A DNA stretch of 62,412 nt, counting the filler, from Choristocarpus tenellus KU-1152 (lineage: Eukaryota > Protista > Phaeophyceae): the NCBI GenBank assembly GCA_964200185.2. It is 10 parts of 10 records of this genome, joined end to end, with 100 filler letters (N's around TTAATTAATTAA, not from the genome) between each part and the next. Parts side by side here need not be neighbours in the genome. Positions count along the whole stretch, not along the records: positions 57,865 to 62,412 come from CAXNAD020014053.1; 9 more parts are not named here. One strand, 5' to 3'. The notes beneath the pieces are model-generated. The model ran no database searches, had not been told where the DNA came from, and worked only from the letters and a program-made list of their open reading frames with translations. The position numbers and the translations under genes were made by a program. Numbering within the stretch: the first letter of the stretch is position 1; each line of letters begins with the position of its first letter. Positions 62,322 to 62,412 of this stretch are shown here, in pieces.

Positions 62322-62412
62322 AATCCAAAGTATCTGGGCGGGGGGGGGGGGCTACCCCATGGTGTCCACTTGGCCCAAAACCAGGAAACGTCCATTTATT
62401 CAACTTCTCCAT
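62322..62412 (-). mobile_element. MITE family A, truncated at window end
   Basis: aatccaaagtatctgggcgggggg...ggtgtccacttggccc. Confidence 0.8.

Overview
Eukaryotic, repeat-saturated genomic DNA. It consists of ten short contigs joined by nine artificial 100-nt spacers (N44-TTAATTAATTAA-N44), so adjacency across gaps is not proven. The only clear host gene is two spliced exons of amidophosphoribosyltransferase (purF/PPAT, minus strand, 36279-36143 and 35168-34958). Almost everything else is transposable-element material. LTR elements: Ty1/Copia (one intact RT ORF at 40852-41901 and a deleted two-LTR element at 1807-4984), several decayed Ty3/Gypsy pol regions, and a TRIM-like mini element with hairpin repeats and a tRNA-type primer site. 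Non-LTR elements: an RTE-like LINE remnant and about 12 3'-end fragments of a restriction-like-endonuclease (CRE-type) retrotransposon, about 10 of them stacked in both orientations at 58.4-62.0 kb. DNA transposons: a decayed PIF/Harbinger-like transposase and about 20 copies of three MITE families that share the terminus G(A/G)(G/C)YCAAAGTA. Empty-site comparisons inside the window support 3(-4)-bp target duplications for the MITEs. There are also interstitial TTAGGG repeats and strong CpG depletion in old TEs but not in the exon. The TE types, telomere motif and intron style fit a stramenopile or brown-alga-like genome (inference only). I found no CRISPR array, rRNA or complete tRNA gene, and no convincingly novel protein-coding system. 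The best novelty candidates are the shared-terminus MITE group, the clustered RLE retroelement ends and the hairpin-LTR TRIM.
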